Below are positions 1 through 12,651 of a stretch of DNA of 32,000 nucleotides, one piece after another. The DNA comes from an uncultured Opitutales bacterium (GTDB lineage: Bacteria > Verrucomicrobiota > Verrucomicrobiia > Opitutales > UBA9783), in assembly GCA_934691225.1 (NCBI GenBank), contig CAKUSQ010000001.1:150001-182000 (forward strand). The letters run 5' to 3'. The notes below the pieces were generated by a model. The model had not been told where the DNA came from and searched no databases. It worked only from the letters and a program-made list of their open reading frames with translations. Made by a program: the position numbers and the translations under genes. The number at the start of each line of letters is the position of its first letter. The first letter of the stretch is position 1.

Positions 1-1413
1 TTAAGCGATAACGTTTTATCGGAATATCTTTCCTTGCAAATCTTACAACGACCTCGAATGGCTATACATGAAGCATCTATTGCAAAACATGTGCAAAGAT
101 TGCACGAAGCTTCATCCCTTTTGCCAAACATACAGGTTGATCAAGCACTTGCTTGGGCAGAAAAAAAATTGCAAATCCAATGGTCTGAAACACAAAAAAC
201 TGCTTTAAAAAACATTTTAACATCCAAACTTTCCATCTTAACAGGAGGCCCTGGTACAGGAAAAACCACCTTATTGCGCGCACTTGTTGACGTTTTGTCA
301 GCCAAGCATATACGTTTATGTCTAGCTGCTCCTACAGGAAGAGCAGCCCAAAGAATGTCAGAAACAACCGGCCTTCCGGCTAGAACTGTACACAGAACTT
401 TAAAATTCGAACCTTCCATTGGACGTTTCACATTCGATGAAGAAAATCCATTACCTATTGATTTTTTAATTTTGGATGAATCCAGCATGTTGGATGTAGC
501 TCTAACCCATGCTTTGTTACGAGCAATTCCTGATCATGCTCATTTATTATTGGTAGGCGACATTAACCAGTTACCTTCTGTGGGTCCCGGCAATGTGCTC
601 AATGATTTCATAAACAATGCTTACTTTCATGTTGAATATTTAAGTGAAGTTTTTCGTCAAGGTAAACAAAGTTCAATTGTCGCTACTGCACATAGTATTT
701 TAGAAGGAAAACAAAAATTAACCTGTCCCATCGTTTTACCTAATGAATCTATAAATTTGGAAGAAGACTTTCATTTTATAAAAATTGATTCACCTCAAAT
801 CTGTATGGATGTACTGCAAGATTTTTACTGGAAAAAACTTCCAAAATGGTACCATGTAGATCCTATCCGCGATATCCAAGTTTTAGCACCTATGCATCGA
901 GGAGTTATCGGTATTGACCAAATAAATCAAGTTTTTCAACAGTACCTAGGAACGCAACGCAGAAAATTCGAAATAGGCGCACAAACTTATTTCATTGGCG
1001 ACAAAGTAATTCAACTCAAAAATAATTACGATAAAAACATCTTTAATGGTGATTTAGGATTTGTACAAGACATTGATAATGAAAATTCTAATGTAACTAT
1101 AAATTTCAACAATGAAGAACATGTTTTAACACTAAAAGATTGCTTAGATTTAAAACTAGCTTATGCAATTAGCATTCATAAATCACAAGGAAGCGAATTT
1201 CCCATTGTTATTATTCCTTTGTTCAAACAACACTTTGTTATGCTTAAACGCAATTTACTTTATACCGCCATCACACGCGGACGAAAAAAAGTTTTTATTC
1301 TCGGAGAACCACAAGCTTATTCCATGGCAGTCTATGCACTTGACAGCACTATTCGTTTAACTACACTTAACGATCGCTTAAATTACATGACTAACTCAAT
1401 GACAAACATTTAG
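1..1413 (+). CDS. recD2: RecD2-like ATP-dependent DNA helicase (SF1), 5'-truncated by the window edge
   Basis: Frame 1 is open from base 1; the track's 'M' at 34 is a TTG. Motifs seen: Walker A GGPGTGKT, Walker B FLILDESSM, GDINQLPSVGPG, and C-terminal SIHKSQGSEF...YTAITRGRKKV, typical of the RecD/TraA family. Walker A lies only ~70 aa into the ORF, so the N-terminal part must be upstream of the window. Confidence 0.85.
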   Translation, partial: LSDNVLSEYLSLQILQRPRMAIHEASIAKHVQRLHEASSLLPNIQVDQALAWAEKKLQIQWSETQKTALKNILTSKLSILTGGPGTGKTTLLRALVDVLSAKHIRLCLAAPTGRAAQRMSETTGLPARTVHRTLKFEPSIGRFTFDEENPLPIDFLILDESSMLDVALTHALLRAIPDHAHLLLVGDINQLPSVGPGNVLNDFINNAYFHVEYLSEVFRQGKQSSIVATAHSILEGKQKLTCPIVLPNESINLEEDFHFIKIDSPQICMDVLQDFYWKKLPKWYHVDPIRDIQVLAPMHRGVIGIDQINQVFQQYLGTQRRKFEIGAQTYFIGDKVIQLKNNYDKNIFNGDLGFVQDIDNENSNVTINFNNEEHVLTLKDCLDLKLAYAISIHKSQGSEFPIVIIPLFKQHFVMLKRNLLYTAITRGRKKVFILGEPQAYSMAVYALDSTIRLTTLNDRLNYMTNSMTNI

Positions 1414-1633
1414 CAAAATCCAAATCATTTAAAAGTTTAAATTGAGATTGTAATTTCGAATCTAGTAATTCATTAAAAAATCGCCCTAAGTCTTCATCTA
1501 ATAATATATGTCCACCTAATGACTGTATGATACCATCAATACGATACAAAGGCTCTCGTGAATGCCTCAAATGTATGTCAGATGCTTTAAGCTCTAACCC
1601 CTTCTCAATTATCCCTGCCAGTAGCTCATCCAT
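1391..1633 (-). pseudogene. pilT: PilT/PilU-type retraction ATPase, N-terminal ~80-aa remnant (ATPase core missing)
   Basis: MDELLAGIIEKGLELKASDIHLRHSREPLYRIDG...LNDLDFA aligns by eye with the first ~75 aa of PilT (MDITELLAFSAKQGASDLHL..PPMIRVDG...ETDFSF). The ORF stops before the Walker A region, and its 3' end overlaps the recD2 stop by 23 nt. Confidence 0.6.
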
Positions 1634-1678
1634 GATTTACCCTACCATAGAATCGTACTAACGTCAATCAATCTCTTT

Positions 1679-1798
1679 CGCCTGGCAATCCCCTACTCTC
1701 ACACCACAGTACATGGCACTACCATCGGCAGCTTAGGGCTTAACGTTCGTGTTCGGTATGTGTACGCGTGTTTCCCCTGCGCTTATCGTCACCAGGCA
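1679..1798 (-). rRNA. rrf: 5S rRNA (ends approximate)
   Basis: The reverse complement reads TGCCTGGTGACGATAAGCGCAGGGGAAACACGCGTACACATACCGAACACGAACGTTAAGCCC...GAGAGTAGGGGATTGCCAGGCG. The 5'/3' helix I pairs (GCCTGGTG / TGCCAGGC), and the CCGAAC and GAGAGTAGG motifs are conserved. Confidence 0.9.
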
Positions 1799-1904
1799 AA
1801 TCTTTTTCCTTCAGCTATAACCATAGCTTACTCGCTTTTTTGACCCTTTTTGATGCTTAATGAATATCGCTTCCCAACTACCCATAAACTTACCATAACT
1901 TCAC

Positions 1905-4815
<2,911 letters not shown>

Positions 4816-4905
4816 CTGTTATTCGTATTCTTCTCGCTTATTGTAGTTTTTCCACAATATTCATTAAACTGTCAAAGATCAAAAAATTCTTCCCAATGCA
4901 CTCAC

Positions 4906-4982
4906 TGGTGGGCCCAGATGGACTTGAACCATCGACCCCGCGCTTATCAAGCGCGTGCTCTAACCAACTGAGCTATGAGCCC
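4906..4982 (-). tRNA. tRNA-Ile(GAT): tRNA-Ile (anticodon GAT), CCA encoded
   Basis: Reverse complement: GGGCTCATAGCTCAGTTGGTTAGAGCACGCGCTTGATAAGCGCGGGGTCGATGGTTCAAGTCCATCTGGGCCCACCA. It folds as a cloverleaf with anticodon loop TTGATAA. Confidence 0.95.
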
Positions 4983-5000
4983 CTTCCATTACCCATGCCT

Positions 5001-5076
5001 TGGTGGAGTCGATCGGATTCGAACCGACGACCTCCTGCATGCAAAGCAGGCGCTCTTCCAACTAAGCTACGACCCC
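5001..5076 (-). tRNA. tRNA-Ala(TGC): tRNA-Ala (anticodon TGC), CCA encoded
   Basis: Reverse complement: GGGGTCGTAGCTTAGTTGGAAGAGCGCCTGCTTTGCATGCAGGAGGTCGTCGGTTCGAATCCGATCGACTCCACCA. The G3:U70 identity pair is present, and the anticodon loop is TTTGCAT. Confidence 0.95.
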
Positions 5077-5205
5077 TTCTTTTACTTATATTCTCGTTGC
5101 TTCTTAAGGTTGTCAAGCCCGTTTTTCTGGAAATTTACTTTGTGCCTATGTCCGGATGACTTCCGTCGACCTTGATTCAGCTGCTTTCGCACTGAATTTC
5201 TCCAT

Positions 5206-6739
<1,534 letters not shown>

Positions 6740-6914
6740 AAACCTTTTTTATATTTACTACGGCGAACCTATCCTTACGCTCTCTTACTCTTTGCGTCTT
6801 ATTTACCAATATAGTATTGTAGGCCCCCTTTCAGAGCCTCTACTTAAAACTTATTTCCTTTTCGGTTCACCCGAACATTTGCACAAAGTAAATTTCAAAG
6901 ATCTTATGTAAACT

Positions 6915-6943
6915 ATAAAATTAACTCTACCTCCCCTTGTCAA
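6915..6943 (-). promoter_or_regulatory. candidate sigma70-type rRNA operon promoter
   Basis: The minus strand reads AAATGATAAAAAAAGTA-TTGACA-(17 nt)-TTTTAT. The -35 element is perfect (6938-6943), and an A/T-rich UP-like tract lies upstream. It sits ~175 nt upstream of the mature 16S 5' end. The -10 element is weak. Confidence 0.4.
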
Positions 6944-7069
6944 TACTTTTTTTATCATTTTATTTGAATTTTTTACTTTAATACTCTTTAACAAATCTAA
7001 CTATTATTGCCAATTTTACGACTTTTAATGGCTTTCATCCAACGTAACACTAAACAGCCAACGCATCCC

Positions 7070-7098
7070 TTGTCGCAAAAAAAAATTTATTGTAAACT
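7070..7098 (+). promoter_or_regulatory. candidate promoter of the phage-like cluster (TTGTCG-17 nt-TAAACT)
   Basis: -35 TTGTCG is at 7070-7075, the spacer is 17 nt, and -10 TAAACT is at 7093-7098. The first ATG (7105) lies 7 nt after the -10 element, which would imply a leaderless or near-leaderless transcript. This rests on pattern matching only. Confidence 0.25.
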
Positions 7099-7104
7099 CG
7101 TGGC

Positions 7105-7548
7105 ATGAATACATTACCCTCTGAACTAGTTTCATTGCTAGGCTCATCCATATTCGGCAGCACCATGCGCTTACTAAGTTTTTCACTCATGGCACATCAC
7201 CGAGAAAAACTCCTAAAATTAACCAAAGCTCGCTTACAAGAAAATTCCATTGCAGCAGCGAGAAATCACCCTAGATCCAATCTTCAATTAACACGCCTTC
7301 TCATTACTATCCTAGCTGTATTTTCCATCGTACTTCTGCCTAAAATTATTGCAATTATACGCCCAGAAATTCCAATTTCTATTGGATACACACAAATTAG
7401 CGATGGGTTTTTATTCTTCTCATCTGCTAACGAAAAAATTCGTTGGACCGAACTTCGAGGGCTTGTAATCACTCCTTTAGATACACATCTCTTATCCGCC
7501 GTCATTGGACTCTATTTCGGAAGCGCTCTTGTAGATATAAAAGCTTAA
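7105..7548 (+). CDS. hypothetical membrane protein, first gene of the phage-like cluster (possible holin-like protein)
   Basis: 147 aa. Hydrophobic segments include LLITILAVFSIVLLPKIIAII and a C-terminal LLSAVIGLYFGSALV, with an amphipathic helix between the N-terminal segment and the TM segment. The architecture resembles multi-TM phage/GTA holins. No homology was verified. Confidence 0.4.
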   Translation: MNTLPSELVSLLGSSIFGSTMRLLSFSLMAHHREKLLKLTKARLQENSIAAARNHPRSNLQLTRLLITILAVFSIVLLPKIIAIIRPEIPISIGYTQISDGFLFFSSANEKIRWTELRGLVITPLDTHLLSAVIGLYFGSALVDIKA

Positions 7549-7552
7549 AATC

Positions 7553-7828
7553 ATGAATACTTCTAACGAAATTATTCGCAAAAACCTGCTGATTCAATTG
7601 GAAGCCGCTTACCCCATATCGCTCCCTGCTGAAACATTGCAACAAGGACTACACATCGCAAGAATTCCGGTACCTTATCACATTCTTATAAAGGAACTCG
7701 AATATTTGCTAGAAAAAGGTTTCCTATCTACAACCCTCAACGAATTATACCCGAAAAACCGAAGGTACAAATTATCCACCAAAGGCATCGATTTCTTAGA
7801 CAATGAAAACACAATCCACCGATTTTAA
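7553..7828 (+). CDS. small winged-helix-like protein (possible DNA-binding or packaging-recognition protein)
   Basis: 91 aa. The helix-turn-helix plus beta-wing pattern (..LIKELEYLLEKGFLSTT...NRRYKLSTKGIDFL) resembles PadR/MarR-type wHTH. It lies two genes upstream of the large terminase. Confidence 0.4.
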   Translation: MNTSNEIIRKNLLIQLEAAYPISLPAETLQQGLHIARIPVPYHILIKELEYLLEKGFLSTTLNELYPKNRRYKLSTKGIDFLDNENTIHRF

Positions 7829-8132
7829 CGAACATCTTAAGCGCATTAAAACCGCAAAAAATACAGCATCGATCTTGGAACAAATGACAATGGCTGAAAA
7901 ATCTATGGGCATTTTATGGGAACAAATTTTCGATATCTTATGCATAAATCCACAAACCAACGACTTTACTATACTTAAAGAAATGACATCCATCCTCAGC
8001 AAACTTTTAAACAATTACCGACAATTGTTTGCCATTTCGAAAAAAATCAATGGACAAACGAATAATGATAATGCATGGGCAATTTCTGAAAGTGTTTTAA
8101 AAGAAATCGAAGAACAACTTGAATTACTCTAA
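7803..8132 (+). CDS. candidate terminase small subunit (positional call)
   Basis: 109 aa, helical and coiled-coil-rich. Its stop overlaps the terminase large-subunit start (TAATG at 8130-8134), indicating translational coupling. No motif-level support. Confidence 0.35.
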   Translation: MKTQSTDFNEHLKRIKTAKNTASILEQMTMAEKSMGILWEQIFDILCINPQTNDFTILKEMTSILSKLLNNYRQLFAISKKINGQTNNDNAWAISESVLKEIEEQLELL

Positions 8133-9457
8133 TGACTTTTTTTCTCCCTTACCAAATTCGTTGGATTCAAGATAATTCTCGCATAAAAATTATGGAAAAA
8201 TCGCGTCAAATAGGCCTCTCATGGTCAACCGCTTACAAAACAGTACGCCACGCTGCTTGTTTTCCAAATACGTACTACTGGATTTGTTCACGCGATACAT
8301 TTCAAGCACAATTGTTTCTAGAGGACTGCAAATCTTTCGCCAATATTTTAAACAAATCATTCGAAGAAAAAATGATCCTACAAGGCAATTCCAGTCGCTC
8401 TTCATTATTGCTTAACAATGGGAGCGCTCTATTTGTATTATCATCTCATAAAAATGCTCAAGCAGGCAAACATGGATCGCGCATTTTAGATGAATTTGCA
8501 TTGCATGAAAATCCTGAAGAATTGTACAATATTTCTTATCCAGGCATTACTTGGGGAGGTCAGCTCGAAATTATTTCCACACATCGAGGTGCTCACAATT
8601 TTTTCAATCGTCTCATTGAAGAAATTCGAAATGGCAATAACCCTAAACATATTTCTTTGCACCGTGTCACTTTAACAGACGCACTTGAACAAGGTTTTTT
8701 AAAAAAATTAAAAACAAAACTTCCAGCTGATGATCCACGCCAAACCATGGATGAAAGCGACTATTATAACTTTATAAAAAGTTCTTGTGCAACGGAAAAA
8801 AGTTTTTTGCAAGAATATATGTGCCAACCTGTTGATGACGACAACGCATTTCTTACCTTCGAAAATCTCGATGGATGCTTCTATGAACATAATGCTGCAT
8901 GGCAACAATGTACACAAGGTCCTTGTTTTATGGGCGTAGATTTAGCACGTACTCAAGATTTAAGCGTTTTTGCCATCTTCGAAAAATACAATGATATTTA
9001 TTTTTTAAGAACATTAAAATGCTTAAAAAATGCTCGCTTTGATGAACAAGAAGCTTTGTTTGAACAGCTATTTAACACCTACCCTATTCAACACGCTTGC
9101 ATTGATCAAACAGGCATTGGCCGTCAATTTTTAGAACGTGCACAAATTCACTTCGGAACACATTGCATAACTGGTATTCAATTTACAGCTAAAACGAAAG
9201 AAAATTTAGCCTACAACTTAAAAACGCACCTAGAACGAAATGCGCTTCGCATTCCACGAGATGAACATTTAATTCAAGATTTATTAAGTTTGAAAATCAA
9301 TGAAAAATCTCAATTAAACGCTCAACACAGTACGCATGGACATGCTGACCGTTTTTGGGCGATTGCTCTCGCTATCAATGCGGATAACCCACGCCAATCT
9401 TTACACTTTTCAACCGAATTTTTCCCTATTTCAAAACATTCTATTTATGAAAACTAA
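8132..9457 (+). CDS. terL: phage terminase large subunit
   Basis: The N-terminus LPYQIRWIQD...EKSRQIGLSWSTAY is the Walker-A-like motif of the Terminase_6/Mu gp28-type TerL. Walker B is RILDEFA. The C-terminal RNase-H-like nuclease has acidic motifs (GVDLARTQDLSVF, IDQTGIG, HADRFWA). 441 aa with no interruptions. Confidence 0.9.
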   Translation: MTFFLPYQIRWIQDNSRIKIMEKSRQIGLSWSTAYKTVRHAACFPNTYYWICSRDTFQAQLFLEDCKSFANILNKSFEEKMILQGNSSRSSLLLNNGSALFVLSSHKNAQAGKHGSRILDEFALHENPEELYNISYPGITWGGQLEIISTHRGAHNFFNRLIEEIRNGNNPKHISLHRVTLTDALEQGFLKKLKTKLPADDPRQTMDESDYYNFIKSSCATEKSFLQEYMCQPVDDDNAFLTFENLDGCFYEHNAAWQQCTQGPCFMGVDLARTQDLSVFAIFEKYNDIYFLRTLKCLKNARFDEQEALFEQLFNTYPIQHACIDQTGIGRQFLERAQIHFGTHCITGIQFTAKTKENLAYNLKTHLERNALRIPRDEHLIQDLLSLKINEKSQLNAQHSTHGHADRFWAIALAINADNPRQSLHFSTEFFPISKHSIYEN

Positions 9458-10643
9458 TCCTTACTTAACATCATTTCGACAAGACAGTTTGTCTCGCTTG
9501 AATTGGAACCCTATCCGTTCACTAACACCTGCATCTTTATCACGAATACTCGATGACTTTCATGCAGGTAAATTGAGGCAAGCCGCACTTATTTGGGATG
9601 CCATCGAACACCGCGACGATTTGCTTCAAGGGGTCATCTCGAAGCGAAAAAAATCTATATCACGGCTTCCATGGGAAATTCTTATGCTCGACAACTCTGA
9701 TGAAGCTTTCAGACATAAACATTTACTAGAGCAATTCTACAATAACGCTTCCTGCATCAACGCTTACGATGAAAATGAACGCGGAGGAATTCCATTGCTT
9801 ATACGTCAAATGATGGATGCTATCGGAAAACGTTATGCTGTACATGAAATTGTTTTTAAACCTTTTGTTAAGAATTCAAAAAAATACTTAACGGCTGAAT
9901 TTCGCTTCGTTCCTCTATTTTTTTTCGAAAATAAAAATGGACGTTTACATTTCGTCGAAAAACCTAATGACAAAAAAATTCCATTGAAATCAGACGAATG
10001 GCTCATCACAACCGGCGACGGACTTATGGAATCATGCTCTATTGCCTACCTATTCAAACATTTACCTTTACGTGATTGGTTAATCTACTGCGAACGCAAT
10101 GGTATGCCAGGCGTTAAAGGCATTACCCATGCCCGTCCTGGAACCCCTGAATGGGAAGTGGCGCGTGAAGCTGTACAAAATTTTGGTGCCGAATTTCACG
10201 CATTAATGTCCACAGGAACAGATATTCAAGCCATTGATATCTCAGGCAAAGGCGAACTTCCGTATCCTAAACTTGTAGAACGGATGGATAGAGCTATGGC
10301 AGCTTTATGGCGCGGATCCGACCTGATGACATTGGGTCAAAAAGATGGCACTGGAGTCAACGCCCAACGCAATGAACGCGACCTATTGGAAGAAGATGAT
10401 GCTCAAATGATTTCAGATACTTTAAATGCACAAGTTGATCGTTGCGTCTTAAAATATCTAGATGGAACAGAACATCCTAAAGCCTACTTTCAATTAAAAA
10501 CAGCACCTAACAAAAATCTGAACAATGATTTAAATATTGTAAAAACACTGTGGGAAATGGGTATACAACTAAGCATAAACGACATTCGTGAACACTTCGG
10601 TATTAACCCTCCTTACAATGAAAAAGACACGTTAAGAAAATAA
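9447..10643 (+). CDS. phage portal protein, Mu gp29/DUF935-like
   Basis: I trimmed the start to the in-frame ATG at 9447 (MKTNPYLTSFRQ...), which overlaps the TerL stop by 11 nt. The track's 9336 start would run 120 nt inside terL. The N-terminal LRQAALIWDAIEHRDDLLQGVISKRKKSISRLPWEI matches my memory of the DUF935 portal signature. The gene lies immediately after TerL. Confidence 0.8.
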   Translation: MKTNPYLTSFRQDSLSRLNWNPIRSLTPASLSRILDDFHAGKLRQAALIWDAIEHRDDLLQGVISKRKKSISRLPWEILMLDNSDEAFRHKHLLEQFYNNASCINAYDENERGGIPLLIRQMMDAIGKRYAVHEIVFKPFVKNSKKYLTAEFRFVPLFFFENKNGRLHFVEKPNDKKIPLKSDEWLITTGDGLMESCSIAYLFKHLPLRDWLIYCERNGMPGVKGITHARPGTPEWEVAREAVQNFGAEFHALMSTGTDIQAIDISGKGELPYPKLVERMDRAMAALWRGSDLMTLGQKDGTGVNAQRNERDLLEEDDAQMISDTLNAQVDRCVLKYLDGTEHPKAYFQLKTAPNKNLNNDLNIVKTLWEMGIQLSINDIREHFGINPPYNEKDTLRK

Positions 10644-10652
10644 TTTACGAAT

Positions 10653-11243
10653 ATGAAAACTTGGATACAAATATCGCCTTACGGAACGTTTGACCACCCC
10701 ATGGGCAAACAATCAATTTCACCCATTGACGCAAAAAACTGCGTTAAAAAAACGAAAACATTTTTATTTCGCCTAGGATTTAAAAAAATCCCTGTTTACA
10801 TTGGGCATCCTGATGACCCTTTTTTTCAAGATTCCTACACACACATGAACAAAAATATCTACGGATATGTAAAAAATATACGGGCAGACGATCATGGTTT
10901 ATGGGTACAAATTAATTGGACAGCAGACGGAAGCGAGTTGATCGATAATCAATGCTATACCTATCTGTCTCCACGCTGGAAAATGGGCAAGATGTCTTAC
11001 GAAAAAGCATATCATCCAGAAAAGCTTATTTCCGTCGGTCTCACAACTACACCTAATTTACCTGTACAAGCTATTTACGAAAGAACACCTTTGAGTCACT
11101 TATCCTCACAGGTACAAAAACGTTCTGAAAAAGTAGCTATTTTACAATTCACACAGAAAGTTCAACAACGCATGCAGGAAACCGGCGAAAGCTATCCCGA
11201 AGCATGGCATAATGTTTATAAAAATCACAAAATTGCTTATTAA
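10653..11243 (+). CDS. prohead protease/scaffold, Mu gpI-like (Mu-like_Pro family)
   Basis: The N-terminus WIQISPYGTFDHPMGKQ...IPVYIGHPDD resembles the 'W.q..P.G.f.h..G' opening of Mu-like prophage protein I. It sits between the portal and capsid genes. Confidence 0.6.
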   Translation: MKTWIQISPYGTFDHPMGKQSISPIDAKNCVKKTKTFLFRLGFKKIPVYIGHPDDPFFQDSYTHMNKNIYGYVKNIRADDHGLWVQINWTADGSELIDNQCYTYLSPRWKMGKMSYEKAYHPEKLISVGLTTTPNLPVQAIYERTPLSHLSSQVQKRSEKVAILQFTQKVQQRMQETGESYPEAWHNVYKNHKIAY

Positions 11244-11264
11244 AAACTTTCAAATATTTTCCCT

Positions 11265-11699
11265 ATGAAAAGAAAAATACATACTATCATGGCTAACTCG
11301 CATACAGCAGTTGGCATACACGAAGGTTCGTTAACAAAACATACAAAATTGGGTGACCTAAAAGCCTATACATTGATTTGTTTTGATGACGACGCTAATT
11401 ACGTTAAAACATGCGGAATCAACGATATCCCTTGGGGTATTTGTCAGCAAGACGCAGATGAAAAAGAAAGCATTGTTAGCATTCAACCACTGTCATCATG
11501 TGCAAAAACAGCACAGCTAAGATTAAGCAGTGATGTACAAGCAGGACAGTTTATTTGCTTGGATGATAACGGAAAAGTTAAAGCTTTGCCAACGACTGCA
11601 GGCACCTACAACGTTGTTGGCATTGCATTAAACACTGGTAAAAATAATGAATGTATCGAAGCACTCACAAGTTTACCACATAACATAGAAATTAAGTAA
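11265..11699 (+). CDS. head decoration/cement-like protein (DUF2190-like)
   Basis: 144 aa. The C-terminal VQAGQFICLDDNGKVKALPTTAGTYNVVGIALNTG matches the typical DUF2190 pattern (G..v.....G.v.........GiA). It lies immediately upstream of the capsid gene, as with lambda D-E. The start may instead be the internal M9. Confidence 0.55.
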   Translation: MKRKIHTIMANSHTAVGIHEGSLTKHTKLGDLKAYTLICFDDDANYVKTCGINDIPWGICQQDADEKESIVSIQPLSSCAKTAQLRLSSDVQAGQFICLDDNGKVKALPTTAGTYNVVGIALNTGKNNECIEALTSLPHNIEIK

Positions 11700-11701
11700 T
11701 T

Positions 11702-12604
11702 ATGGAAACAACAATACAAGCCACTGAAAGCCAATTTAACCAAAATAATTATTCTGACGAATTAACACAATTTGCTCAAAATTGGCAAGATAACGAAAAT
11801 ATCGAAAACTTACTGAACTTTATAGCGCCTAAAGTTCCTGTTTCGAGACGTTTTGAGTATAAAAAATCAGACACAGATCAAATATTCTGTTCAGAAAATG
11901 ACGATTTGAGAGCTCTAGGTAGCAGTTTCAAACGCATCGAATTCGATGGTTCTATGATTCAAGCCAAAACTTTGAACAAAGGCTTAACAGTACGTATCGA
12001 CGCGGATGATATTGTTGGTGAAGATTGGGAAGAACGTTATGTTCATTTGCTGATGAAACGTTTATTCAGGAATGAACTTCGACGCGCCGTTGCTGCATTA
12101 AAAACAAATGCTCAGGTCATTGAAAAAACCTGGACGCCCGAAAGTCAACCCGACATGGACATACGTGAAACGCTTCTACAAAATGGACAAGCACATGGCT
12201 TTTATCCTAATCGACTTCTCTTCGGCGAATTAGCTTGGTACTTACGTCAGGATTGTTATGCCATTCAAAACAACGCCGGTGCTCGTATATCTTCAGAAAT
12301 GTCAAGAGAAAATCTGGCAGAAAAATTACTTGTAGAAGATATCAAATTACTGAAAAAACAAAACCTAGGTATTCAAGGCAATGAAATCACTGGTAACGAA
12401 ATCTTTGCTTTTTACGCCCAAAATGGTTTGTTAAAGGATGAACCTTCCAACATCAAACGCTTTATAACGCCTACCGATGAAGGATATTTATTCCGCGTTT
12501 ATATAGAAAAACATACAAAATTCACCGATATCACGGTTGAGCATTACAGCAATATCGTTGTTACTTCCAACACTAACATCACGCAGCTTAACGTTAAAAA
12601 ATAA
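11702..12604 (+). CDS. major capsid protein (HK97-fold, lambda gpE / Mu gpT-like, by position and size)
   Basis: 300 aa. It follows the protease and decoration genes and is followed by a strong stem-loop. The sequence character is consistent with the capsid E-like family. No verified alignment. Confidence 0.7.
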   Translation: METTIQATESQFNQNNYSDELTQFAQNWQDNENIENLLNFIAPKVPVSRRFEYKKSDTDQIFCSENDDLRALGSSFKRIEFDGSMIQAKTLNKGLTVRIDADDIVGEDWEERYVHLLMKRLFRNELRRAVAALKTNAQVIEKTWTPESQPDMDIRETLLQNGQAHGFYPNRLLFGELAWYLRQDCYAIQNNAGARISSEMSRENLAEKLLVEDIKLLKKQNLGIQGNEITGNEIFAFYAQNGLLKDEPSNIKRFITPTDEGYLFRVYIEKHTKFTDITVEHYSNIVVTSNTNITQLNVKK

Positions 12605-12617
12605 CCCTGAATCAATT

Positions 12618-12641
12618 ATTGAGAGGTACCAACCTCTCAAT
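12618..12641 (+). terminator. perfect 10-bp stem / 4-nt loop hairpin directly after the capsid gene (attenuator or mRNA-stabilising element; no U-tract)
   Basis: ATTGAGAGGT-ACCA-ACCTCTCAAT begins 14 nt after the capsid stop. It is the only sizeable intergenic structure inside the cluster. Confidence 0.45.
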
Positions 12642-12651
12642 CCATCGTATC

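Noticed and set aside
7028-7108. A 26-codon upstream ORF (MAFIQRNTKQPTHPLSQKKIYCKLVA) ending in an ATGA overlap with the first cluster gene
   Set aside because: An ORF of this length is expected by chance in AT-rich DNA. It has no SD motif and no recognisable features, and it conflicts with the equally speculative leaderless promoter. There is not enough evidence to call it.
9336-9446. The ORF-track start of the portal gene, 120 nt inside terL
   Set aside because: The upstream 37 codons (MDMLTVFGRLLSLSMRITH...) overlap the conserved C-terminus of TerL in another frame. The in-frame ATG at 9447 gives the short overlap typical of this operon and a portal-like N-terminus.
12619-12651. A TTG start for the connector gene
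   Set aside because: The TTG lies within the 10-bp hairpin stem directly after the capsid gene. The ATG at 12652, downstream of the structure, is more plausible.
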